DNA of 64,000 nt, taken from the human T2T-CHM13v2.0 reference genome, Homo sapiens. This document shows, piece after piece, positions 49,928 to 63,600 of the stretch. A program made the position numbers and the translations under genes. Position 1 is the first letter of the stretch; every line of letters begins with the position of its first letter. The notes under the pieces are model-generated. The model worked only from the letters and a program-made list of their open reading frames with translations, was not told where the DNA came from and did no database searches. The DNA is taken from assembly GCF_009914755.1 (NCBI RefSeq), contig NC_060925.1. One strand, written 5' to 3'.

Positions 49928-51298
49928 ATTTGCTGCTTTCCGAGGCTGCTGTCTGCAGAGAACCAAGGACCACCAGGAAGGCAATGGGCCAGAACTTTGG
50001 CCCAGGCCATCTTCTCATCCAGAGCAGATAAGTCCTTTCTGAGAGAGACAGAGGAGGAGACACAGCCAGTGACCTGGGATGCTAGGTGTTGGTTTGCCAG
50101 CTTGCTATAGGATGTGACCCCTTCATTCCCATTCCAAAGTGCTTAAAGGGACCCGAAGGTCCATCCTGTTCTGTCCACCCCAGCCCAGGTTGCTGCAATA
50201 GGAGGGAGGGAAGGATGAGAAGACAAGGATGGCAGGGAAGTGGGGAAGGGGCAAGCCTGGCAATTCCAGCTTTAGCTACTGAGTTTCTCTGGAAAAAGAA
50301 AATTTCATGTGAAAGCAAGGGCATCATTGGATGTAAGGAGTTCTCTGCTATGTCATCACTCTATCCACAGCACCCAGCACAAAGGAAGCTTTTTAAAAAT
50401 GCATGCTGCATGAGCATCAGTGAATTAATCCCTAAACAACTGTCCATCCTTTTTTCCATCCTCTCCTGCAGGCCCAGCTGTCCCCAGCCTAGTCAGAGAG
50501 GAGAAAGGACTTTATCCTGATCCACTCTGGGCCTGGAGCTCTCTGTAGCCAATTTGTGGCATTACTGAGGAGAAAGATGCATTTGGGATCAGCCCACATC
50601 CCAGCCCCTGCTCGGCAGGAGGGCTGATGGGGCCTCAGGCTGTGAAAGAGAAAGTCTGAAAATGGCAGAAAGAGGCTGTTAATAAAAACAGGAGGGGTGT
50701 GGCTCAGGGGCTTGTGTACATAACACATTCATTCATGCAGATTCACAAAAGCCCATCTTTTTTCAGATACGAAGATACACACTCATAAAAGCAGAGACGC
50801 ACTTTAAGATCCTGATATGTGTTTCCTCCCTACCTTATCCCCAACATATATAATAAAGTCATGAAATCACACAATACCTTCCAACCTTGCTCTCCCTCCC
50901 ACAGAGTGGAGTTCTCCCAGAAAGCAATGTAGCCTGGGCCCAGAGCTTGGGGAGTAACTAACACCATTTGCATTTTTCCCAGGAAATGGGAAGAGCTGGT
51001 GTGGCATGTGGCAGCCCAAGCCCTCACACATCCCACTGACTGACATTTTGACATCCTTGAATTTGGCCGGGCTGCTCTGCGGAGACAAATCTTCCCCCTG
51101 TCCCTTCCCAGACAATCTCACTTCATTCTGACGGCTCTTGGCCCTAGCCTGTCAAACTAGGTCCTTGGTCCCTGAACACAGCACAACATGGGTACCTTCA
51201 CACTAGCCCCGCTTCAAGAGGAACCAGATCACTCTTCTCTGTCTCAGTACTCTCCCAACACCAGCCCCCCACCGCTTCTCTTTTTAAGAGACAGGAAG

Positions 51299-51823
<525 letters not shown>

Positions 51824-52472
51824 TAAATGATCTGGCTTCTCGGCACTCAGTAAGAAAATTGCTTTCTGTTTATTGCTTGTTGTCTGAGCTGTGTCAGGTC
51901 TGACTCATGAGCGTGCCATCTCCCCTACTAGATAAAGGCTTGTTGATCCTCCAAACAGCATCCCCTCCCTTCAGGGTCTGGTAGAATTCTGCCCTCAGGG
52001 TGGACTCAACAAAAGGAGTGCCCTCACATGACATAATTGTTAAGGTTTCAAGGCTGTTGGTTTGCAGAGGATCCTGATGGAGACCAGTGGCCTTAAGAAA
52101 TAGGAGCAATGACATAGAGCTGGAGCCATTTGGGTTCCAGAGCTGAGAGCCCTTCCCAGAAATGACTGTCTAATGATTAGCATGGCTTGAGTAGAGAGCA
52201 GCCCCTCATCTGGTTTCAAAGGCAGAATATGCCTCCTGCTTATTTCCTTGAATTCCCTAGAAGAGTCTCCTATGCCAGGGAGAGTGTGGGACAGAGCCAG
52301 CCAGGTGAGAGTGCAGGGGAGGCCCTGGAAGGCAGGAGCCAGAGGCAGAGGAACAGAGGGAAGAAGGGGGAGGAAGATGACAGAAAGAAAGTGGGCTTGG
52401 GAAAAAGAGTCATAACAAAGGAAGAGAAACGGAAAGGGAAGAAAGATAAAAACTGACAAGAAAAATAAAGGA

Positions 52473-52561
52473 GGCTGGGCGTGGTGGCTCACATCCATAA
52501 TCCTAGTGCTTTGGGAGGCCGAAGCGGGAGGAGGAGGATCGCTTGAGGCCAGGAGTTCAAA
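52473..52561 (+). mobile_element. 3'-truncated Alu left arm
   Basis: ggctgggcgtggtggctcac...caggagttcaa, then stops. Confidence 0.85.
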
Positions 52562-54699
52562 AGCAGAGAGAGGAATTGGGGGGCGGAGGGGATGGGGGTG
52601 ATGGTGTGGGGAAAGAGAGAGAGACATTTTCTTACGGAAATTCTTAGTCTGGTCTAAGTCCTAAGTCCTTCATAAGGGCATTTGTTTTGGGAAGAGAGGA
52701 ATGAGCAAGGAAAAGAGGATAGTGGAAAGGTTCTCTGGAGCCTGCTTCTCTCCCGAAGGCCTGATTTCCCCCAAAAGGCAACAGACATCTCTTCCCTGAC
52801 TGATGGCTCAGACAGTGGGGTCTGTGAGGAGGGTGGAAGGAGCAGGAACTATCCAACCAGAGCATAGAACACTGAGCAGGACATCAGGGCCATTGTCCAG
52901 ACCCCAAAGCCAGTGGTCTCCCTCCTGACACAGTCAGGACTTGTTAGCTGAACAAGGGAAAGAATGCCTTCTCCCTGACAAAGCTGGAGGAAGGGCTGGA
53001 AGCAGGATGGGGCCTGGGTTGTGTTGGCATCTTGGGAATCTCTCTTTAAAATTTCAGAGTTAGACCAGAGCAGCACCTTGTCCGGTAGATTACTGAAGTC
53101 TTGCCTAGAGGCTGGGGGAAGGAAGACAGGACCTCTACAGGTCACTAGGTACAAATGTATTATAAACGATTCAGACATACAAAGAGATACAAAGAATAGC
53201 ATTAATGAGTGTGAAGCCCTGCTTAAGTAAACCACTGCTGCCACCCCCGAAGGTCCTGCTTATGCTCCTCTTCCTCCCCAGGTGACCGCTATTCTGAACT
53301 TGGCATTTATCCCTCTTGGGGAATTCTCTACCCTAGGATTCCTGCCTCTCCTCTGTTAGCCTCTGGCATCCCCCCAGCTCCCTCACATCAGGACTCCATT
53401 CATCCAGTGCTGCCTGATCGGGCTCCCCCTCCTGCCTGGCCTCTCTCTCCCTGCCGGGATGGCTGAGTAGACAATCAATATTTATGTGAAGCCACCAGGC
53501 CTAGCTTCCACAGGGAGGCCCAGCAGACAGAGGCAGAGAGTTGCCATCCCCAGCGTGGGCGGGTTTCAACTCAGACACAAAGCAAGTGAGGAGCCGTGCC
53601 GGGCCCAGGTGCCTGGCGTCTCTGGCTGGGCTGAGGCTTACAGGAGCCGGGAGCTGGCCAGACCCTGAGACTCCAGCCCTCATGCCTGGGGCCTCACATC
53701 TCATTCTGACAGCTCCTCCCATTCCTGCCTGAGGTTCATAGCTCTTGCCTGTTGACTCTGGTGATTGACCAGGTGAAATCCCTAAGTAAGGCTGGGGGAT
53801 GGGGTGGGGGGCAGGGAAGTTGGGGGCTGGGAGGAGAATAAGAAGCAACTTATTCACTCCCAGGGTACAAGGCAGCACCACAGCTGTCTGGCTGGTGGGG
53901 ACTTTGGAGAGCAGTCTATTTGCATTCCAGGGCTCCAGGCCACCCACCAGCAGCCCCCTCCTCTCCAGATGTTTATACATCATGTTCCTGGAGACCCTGC
54001 TCTCCAGCATTCTACCTGGGTCACCCCTCCTCTTCTCAGAGTGGCCTCTTGCTTCTGGTCCAGGTTCCGTCTTCCTCAGGAAGTCTCTCTTGGTTAAGCC
54101 TCCCTGGCTCTTACTACTTATCCCCCTACATTCCGTCCATTCTCACATGATCAACTGGCACAATGGTCATTTCCTCTTATGAAATTTCAGCCTGTGTGCT
54201 GTGAAGTAGCTTTCCTTCCTCTACAAGCTTCTGGATAGCAGGGACCATGGCTGATCCATCTTGGGCGTCTCTCGCAGCCCTTTTCACAAGTGGCTCCGTA
54301 AGTGCTAAAGGACCAAATGACCTCTGAAGGTTTCTCAAGAATGGGGCTGCTCATGTCTTATCTTTTCTTGGAGCCAATAAAGGCATACCCATTCTTGATT
54401 GTTGAGTGAGTGGAGAAAACTCCCAGAAAAATCACTGCAGCTGACCACTCAATCTCCTTTTCCCACACACTGCTCACCTGCCCACCCCTAGGCCCCCCAA
54501 GCAGCAGAAGCACCCACCATGCTGGCATCACGCCGCTATGAAGCCCCTGGCTGATCTTGTTTGGGTTTCAGGAGACTGGTTTGAGGGCTTCTGTACTCAT
54601 TTATCAGTCTCCACAATGTTTGTAAAAACCACCCAGAATGACAAAGGCAAGATTTCTGCAGCTTTCCTGCTTCCACACTCACAGTTTTACCAGATATTT

Positions 54700-54815
54700 G
54701 ATCTTCACAGGTGGATCTCTATTATACAGGTGAGGAAACTGAGGCTTACAGATGGAGCAATTGATCTGGAGCTCCCAGTGTGGACGCAGGTCTTCTGACT
54801 CTAGTCTACCACACT
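54700..54815 (-). mobile_element. MIR core
   Basis: acaggtgaggaaactgaggctta...caggtcttctgactctagt. Confidence 0.7.
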
Positions 54816-55403
54816 GCCCCGACACCGCTCAGCCCCTCTCACCCTCTGACATAGCTCTCACAAACCATCACAGGAAAGGTATCTCCGCCTTTGGGCTGGA
54901 TACAAAGGTCTTTGAAGATGATTCAAAGCTGGATGCAAGAAAGGAGAAGACTGAGAAGGTCTTTAGGTCTGTGCAGGGCCGCGGCTGCCCTTGGGGTTTC
55001 TTGCCACCAGGTGGGGCATAGCAGTTCCTAATAGAGGCCAACTCTGTCAGGCAAGAGGGTTGCCACTAGTGAGCCAGTGATCTTTGCCTGGTGATCTCCA
55101 CACTTCCTTCCATCCACCAGTAACTAGGACAACGTCATAGACGGTCAAGCAGCACAGATACACTCTGGGAGGCCCTGAGGCCTTCAAGAATCAGCAAGGC
55201 CTCCCTAAGCTTAGTCAGACATGAGCAACACTCAGGCTTTCCTTCCCTTGGGTTTTTCCAGGGACCAGGTGGTTACAGCTGCCACATTCTGAGGACTTAG
55301 CACAGAGCCCCTCTGCTAAGCACACACCTACATCATCATATAACTTCCTCACTAAAAGAATTCATGAGGAAAGTGTATCCTTGTTTACAAATGAGCCAGT
55401 GGG

Positions 55404-55690
55404 GGCCAGGCACGATGGCTCATGCCTGTAATCTCAGCACTTCGGGAGGCCGAGGCGGGTGGATCACCTGAAGTCAGGAGTTCGAGACAAGCCTGGCTAA
55501 CATGGTAAAACCCTGTTTCTACTAAAAATATAAAAATTAGCTGGGTGTGGTGGGGTGGCACGTGCCTGTGATCCCAGCTACTCAGGAGGCTGAGGCAGGA
55601 GAATGCTTGAACCCGAGAGGCAGACGCTGCAATGAGCCAAGATTGTGCTATGGGTGACAAGGCAAGACTCCGACTCAAAAAAAAAAAAAA
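55404..55690 (+). mobile_element. Alu (S-type, small 3' deletion)
   Basis: TSD gagcca(g/a)tggg; sits in a minus-strand MIR. Confidence 0.92.
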
Positions 55691-55770
55691 GGAGCCAATG
55701 GGACACAACAAGGTTAAGTAACTTGTCTGAAGACTTGTAGCTAGTGAGTGGCAGTGTACCCAGGTCTTTC

Positions 55771-55771
<1 letters not shown>

Positions 55772-55817
<46 letters not shown>
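55772..55817 (+). repeat. (TG)23 microsatellite replacing an Alu tail
   Basis: Read directly. Confidence 0.97.
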
Positions 55818-55821
<4 letters not shown>

Positions 55822-56100
55822 GAGACAGAGTTTCGCTCTTGCTGCCCAGGCTGGAGTGCAATGGAGTGATCTAGGCTCACTGCAACCTCTACCTCCTGAA
55901 TTCAATTGATTCTCCTGCCTCAGCCTCCCGAATAGCTGGGATTACAGGCACACACCACCACGCTCGGCTAATTTTGCATTTTTCGTAGAGACAGGGTTTT
56001 TCCATGTTGGTCAGGCTGGTCTTGAACTCCCAACCTCAGGTGATCCACCCACCTCGGCCTCCCAAAGTGCTGGAATTACAGGCGTGAGCCACTGAGCCAG
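55818..56100 (-). mobile_element. Alu (S-type)
   Basis: TSD acccaggtctttct. Confidence 0.95.
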
Positions 56101-56258
56101 ATCCCAAACCCAGGTCTTTCTAAAGCTAATCTCTACAACCTCTCCACTATGCTGCTCCCTGTAAGCCTTCCTACTCATTAGGACTGCATTCCTTCTTGTG
56201 AATTAAATTAAAAACAAAACAAAACAGACTGCATCTTGACTAGGCCAGGAAATTTACA

Positions 56259-56471
56259 TTTTGTTTGGCTTTGTTTTTGTTTTAGATGGGGTCTTACTCT
56301 GTCACCGAAGCTGGAGTGCAGTGGCACGATCTCAGCTCACTGCAGCCTCTGCCTCCCATGCTCAAGTGATCCTCCCATTTCAGCCTCCTAGGACCACAGA
56401 TGCAAGCCACCATGCCTGGCTAATTGTTTGTATTTTTGGTAGAGACAGGGTTTTGCCATGTTGCCCAGGCT
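56259..56471 (-). mobile_element. Partial Alu (J-like)
   Basis: Reverse Alu lacking its 5' part. Confidence 0.85.
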
Positions 56472-56476
56472 GTTAC

Positions 56477-56781
<305 letters not shown>

Positions 56782-56841
56782 TAATAAGTCATATGTTCAA
56801 ATAATTTATAAGTTACCAAAAATTATCTTATTAAAAGTCTT

Positions 56842-57494
<653 letters not shown>

Positions 57495-57539
57495 TGATTC
57501 CCAAGCATATACTCACCCTTCCCAGAAGCAACTGATGTT

Positions 57540-57847
<308 letters not shown>

Positions 57848-57849
57848 GC

Positions 57850-58240
57850 AACTGATGTTACTATCTCCTGAATGTCCTTCCATATATACATTATGCAAAA
57901 CAAGTAATTCTGCATAAATATTCCTTCCCTCACTCTTTCTACACAGATGACAAGATATTATACACATCACTCTGTGCTTGAATTTTGTACTAAACAATGA
58001 GTTCTGGGGATTATCCCATATCCAGACATAAAGTGTCTTTCATTTCTCTTGATGACTGCAGAGTATTCCATTGTTGACAAATCCATTTAACCAGGCTTCT
58101 ATGATGGATGTTTAGGTTGTTTCCAATCTTTTGCTATTAAAAAGAATGTGACAGTGAGAAACTTTGTGTATAGTGTCATTTTGCACATGTGCAAGGCCAT
58201 CTGTAGGATAAATTTCTAGACATGAAACTGCTGAGTAAAT
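57850..58240 (-). mobile_element. Ancient L1ME 3' fragment
   Basis: tgatggatgtttaggttgtttccaatcttttgctatt...tctgtaggataaatttctag. Confidence 0.75.
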
Positions 58241-58314
58241 AGGCTCTGGAATTAAACACTCCCAAAGTGAGGCAGAATCAAATGGGGGAAGAATAGACTG
58301 GTGCCTTTTATCCT

Positions 58315-58490
58315 GTCTGTCACTTCCCAGCTGTGCGATCTCAAGCAAGGTAGCCTCTCTATGCCTTGGTTCCTAGTCTGTGAAAGTGCTTGCCTTCTTG
58401 GAAAGTAGCTGCCAGGGTTCAAGTCAAAGGGGTAATATATATATATAAAGTGCCCAGCATGAAGCCTGGCTTAGAGGGTTACTAAACGAT
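58315..58490 (+). mobile_element. MIR
   Basis: cacttcccagctgtgcgatctcaagcaag...taaagtgcccagcatgaagcctggc. Confidence 0.55.
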
Positions 58491-58629
58491 AGAGAAATGA
58501 TCATTTTCCTTGTTCCCCAATCCTGGGGAGGAGGTCTCCCACTGGCCTGTCCCTCTTTCCTTCCTTCCCCCTCCTCTATTGCTTTATTGCACTCCTAATG
58601 GCTCCTTATGCCATCTGCCTGGCAATCTA

Positions 58630-58775
58630 GTTCTTTGTGCGTGCATCCCTTACCCACCAGATAATAAGCTTCTGGAAAACAGACAGCCTGTCTCACTCAT
58701 TTCGGGAACACCCTCACCACCTATCGCAGGTCCTGGCACACAGCAGTTGCTTGGTAAAGGTCTGCTGAATTGAAA
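58630..58775 (+). mobile_element. L2 3' end
   Basis: cctggcacacagcagttgcttggtaaaggtctgctgaattgaa. Confidence 0.55.
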
Positions 58776-60356
58776 GCAGCTCTGGAAAGTGTCCCTCACA
58801 GCTCAGCCTCCTAGATTCTTGGTGCTTTAGCAAAGACACAAGGGTCACCTCCAGCCAGCAGGCTGAAGAGGCGGCCAGCCTCCCTTTCATCCGCACTGAG
58901 ATGGGATCATCAGTAAAGTGTTTTCATGCCATATTTGAAATCCCCAGCTTCTGCATCCACCCATGTCCCCACAGCCACCCCCACACACAGAGCTGGTATA
59001 AAACATTCAGATATTCTCCCTCTGGGGAGGTGGGTGGAGAATCTTCCCTGGCCCCTCTCCATCCCCCTCCTTCGTGTGTCCCCGGTTTGGACTGCACACC
59101 AGCAGGGAGATCATCGCTAGGGACCGTTGCCCAGAGAGCGTAGAGAAGTGGGAGGAAATCATTTCAATTTCTCTTTGGGAGCATAAATGCTTTTTTAATT
59201 GCTGTCAAAGGCGGCTCCTTGGGAATGTATTATTGATAGCGGTTGAAACGAAAAAGAAGAAAAAAAGCAGCAGTCTCTCCTTTGCTGGCATGAATGCCCT
59301 CCCTCTCTGGCCCTCTCACCTCCACTCTTCCCTCCCCTGCCAGATTCCAGGCCTGAGTTCCTTCTCCGTTCCCCTCTTCTCACCAGCCTGTGAGATTTTG
59401 TTGGCCCGTTGCTCCCTTCGTCTCTCTTTTCCTGCCTTGTAGGAGCTCTGTGGCCCCCACTTCCTGTCTCTGTCACCATCTTGTCCCTCTTGCTCTCCAA
59501 CCTCACCTTTAGCTTTGCTTGGCCTTGCTTTTTATCCCTGGAACCCCCTCCTCTGTCTTCAATGTCCACTGTTTAGCCATCGCTTTATTCTAGCTTCTCC
59601 CTTCCTTTCCCATCCAACTCTTCTAACTGCTGCTCCCTTCTAAACCTCTCTCAGCCCCTCCTTCTCCCCCTTTTCTGCCTGGGCTCCTTGTTTTGGGTCT
59701 TGGACCCTCAGCTATTGCCTCTCCAACCATAAATGAGGCTGGACCAGCCATAGGAACCCAAACCTGGGATATAGACATTTTTTATTTCCATTCTCCTTTC
59801 TCTCAGGCCTCCACCCATTCCCCATATTCCCAGCCTTTAATTCTTGGTATGTCCCCTGCTGGCTGTGTGGGGCCAGCACCAGGAGGGGTTCTGAAGCTCT
59901 GAGACAGTCTCTGAGGACTTCAGGTACACAGAAACCCCAAGTTCCTTCCTGCCTTCAAGCCAGTGTCTCAGGATCTTTCCCCATCATGGAGTTGGCTCTG
60001 CAGTAGGTCTGAGTTTCCTCTCTTTCCTTTACTTGGGAAGCTGCGCAGGCTTCAGGGTGGCTGGACGCCCCAGGCTCCCACAAGGGCCTCTGTGCCTTTA
60101 AGAAGGCACAAGCCTTCAGACAACACAAGCTCCTCCCAACACCCCCTCCCCAGCTGAGGGGAGAGGGAGCAAAGCTAGATATTCCAGCATAGCCCCCTCC
60201 AGACAAGCTCATAAATAATGGCTGATCTTCCCATAGGGCACAGGAGCTGTTCCGCTCTTGTGGAGCCTGGCAGAAGGGTGACAAGACTCATTTATCTCCT
60301 GTTCTCTCACTGGGTCTTCCTTTTTCTCTCTTTCCTTGTCCACTTCTCCCTCCCAG

Positions 60357-60391
60357 AGCCTAGGAGAAAGGGGGAATGGGATAAGGAAGAG
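60357..60391 (+). other. Candidate 35-nt microexon
   Basis: ~40-nt polypyrimidine tract, CCCAG acceptor, purine-rich body, GAG|GTGAGT donor. Confidence 0.35.
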
Positions 60392-60595
60392 GTGAGTTCA
60401 GTTTCTTGCTCTCCAGGCTCTCAACACACCTGCCCACATCACCACCCACAAATGTTTACTGAGCAGCTACTAAGTACTGCTGACTTACACAGCAAAGCAC
60501 ACCCAGCCCTTTCTCCTTCCCCTAGACCCTCCCACCCCACACAGTCAGTGGGGCTGATCAGAGCTTCGCCTCATATCTCAAAAGGGCCAGAGCTA

Positions 60596-61053
<458 letters not shown>

Positions 61054-61129
61054 TCACCACCTCCTCCCCTCTTTCCAGGGCTCCCCCATGTCCCATCAGT
61101 CCAACCAGCTCCCAGTCCAACCAGCTCTG

Positions 61130-61655
61130 GATCCAGATCCCAAGAGAGGGTTCTTAGATCTCACACAAGAAAGAATCCGAGGCAAATACATACAGTAAAG
61201 TGAAAGCAAATTTATTACGAAAGTAAAGGGGCTGTTCTGCCTATGGAGTAGCCATTCCTTTGCTTTCTTAATAAACTTGCTTTCACTTAAAAAAAAAAAA
61301 AGTAAAGGAATAAAGAATGGCTACTTTATAGGCTGAGCAGCCCCGAGGGCTGCTAGTTGCCCATTTTTATGACTATTTCATTTGTAAACTGTCATGGGAC
61401 TGGTGAGAGTGTAGCAGTGAGGATGACCAGAGGTCACTCTCTTCACCATCTTGTTTTGGTGGGTTTTAGCCAGCTTATTTACTGCAAACTGTTTTATCAG
61501 CAAGGTCTTTGTGACCTGTATCTTGTGCCAATCTCCTATCTCATCCTGTGACGTAGAATGCCTAACTATCTGGGAATGTAGCCCAGTAGGTCTCAGCCTT
61601 ATTTTACCCAGCTCCTAGTCAAAATGGAGTCACTCTGGTTCAAATACCTCTGACA
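61130..61655 (-). mobile_element. MER41 (ERV1) solo LTR with internal deletion and nested antisense insert
   Basis: gatccagatcccaagagagggttctt...; end ctctggttcaaatacctctgaca is the reverse complement of the MER41 5' end TGTCAGAGG. Confidence 0.9.
61230..61301 (+). mobile_element. Processed (polyadenylated) retrocopy of a MER41 LTR 3' end
   Basis: Sense MER41 segment, AATAAA 61270-61275, A13 tail 61289-61301, TSD aaagtaaagg 61220-61229 and 61299-61308. Confidence 0.8.
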
Positions 61656-63035
61656 CTAGGAGTCTGATTCAGTTCAGCTGGGTCTCACTTCCTGACCTGT
61701 TTCCACCTCAGTGCTCTAACCTGCCCATTGCCCCCTCAGCCTGAGGAAGCAGGTTTCTTTCAAGCACGTCTGAGGCTGCACTCTCACTATGCAGTACCAC
61801 ACTCCCACCCTCACTGAAAGGCAGGCCACCCCGCCCCCACAGCCCTGCCTCCATTACACAAAGATCCACCTCACCCCCACCAGAGGCCCCAGGCTAACTG
61901 GAAGGACCCTAGGCCGCATTATGGACTGTCTTGGGGACAGCTAGAGGCAGGCCTGCACCCAGATGAAGATGTGGGGAGGCAGAACAGAGTCTGGAGTCTG
62001 GAGAATTGGGCTGTCTCTTGGTTCCAATAGTGCTGTGGCAGATAAACAATTACCGAGGGCTTTCTGCAGGCCAGCCAGACAGGGGCCTAGCCTGGGACTA
62101 CTACTGTTCCCCCTCTAGGCTGCCCCCACCAGCTAGCTCTCTGCACCACACGGAACCGGAACCCGAACACTGAGCCGCACTCCCATGTCCAGCCACATCT
62201 GCTTGCTCTCCATCTCACCTTCTTCTTCATCTCCCTTTCCCTAAAACTTTTCTGAGCCTCTTCTTGTTTTCTCCCCATTTCTTCAATTTCTTCCCTGCCC
62301 TCTCCTTCTTTATTTCTCTTTCTTTTCCCCTCCTCTCTTCCCCTCTCCTGTTCTCCTCCAGAGTTCTTCCCTCCCCTCCCCATCCATCCCCCAAGTCCAC
62401 ACCCCATCCCTCCTGCCACTATATTTAGCTCCCAGCCGGGGCTTTAGAAAGGCGCCACTGCTGGAGCTGGCGTCTAGTCTTGAAGGGTCTGTCAGCATTT
62501 CCATAAGAGGCTCAGCTGGGATGAGTTTATGACTGAGCTATTTTCTTTCCTTGCCTCACCGGCCCTGGGCTGAGCATAAGCAGAAAGGGGACCTCCAGGT
62601 ACATTGGAGAGTTCTCCCCTGACATGGGCAAGCTCTTCCAAAGAAAAAGGAACTATGGGTTAAATCTTAGGTGAATCTGGGACCTAGGTAACTAGCAATT
62701 TGTGGGGCACAGCGAGTTAGGACTCTGCTATTGGTTAGGAACTCCCAGAGCCTGAGGGCAGAGCCTTCCTAGCCAGAGCGGGAGCAAATGTTTGCCCTCA
62801 GGATTCATCATATGACCTAAGCAACTTTGAAAGACTTCTTTCCCCAAAGTATTCACCAGCCTGCTATGGTCTCTGTAATCCCCACTGTTATAGCCATTTC
62901 TTTCTGTTAAACCAATGCCTCTAGAAGACCTCCTATAAAAATCATTTCCAATATTTGATGGACACATTACTAAGTGGTTTGAACACACCATTGCTTTTGA
63001 TCCTCACAATTTAGCACTTTGATGAAACTTGCTGA

Positions 63036-63348
<313 letters not shown>

Positions 63349-63484
63349 AACACCCAGCTTAGTAGCAGTCAAGCCTAAGCTTGAATGCAGGTCTTGCACC
63401 TCCGACTGTTGTACTTTCTTCACCACACTGAATGAAACTGCCGCCCTGGGTAGACCAAGAATTTACAGCTACAAGGCCAGAAGC

Positions 63485-63600
63485 TTCAGCAGCAGGTTCA
63501 GAGACCTGGCTGGAATCCTGGCTCTACTACTTAAGTGTTATGTGGCCTTGGGCAGGTCACTTCACTACAGTGAGTCCCTCAGAGGACCGTTATGAGGACA
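63485..63600 (+). mobile_element. MIR
   Basis: gaatcctggctctactactta...tgtggccttgggcaggtcacttcac. Confidence 0.7.

Noticed and set aside
55000-55020. CTCF-like ccaccaggtggggca (weaker look-alikes near 43085 and 62445)
   Set aside because: Mismatch at a high-information core position; cannot be called without ChIP data.
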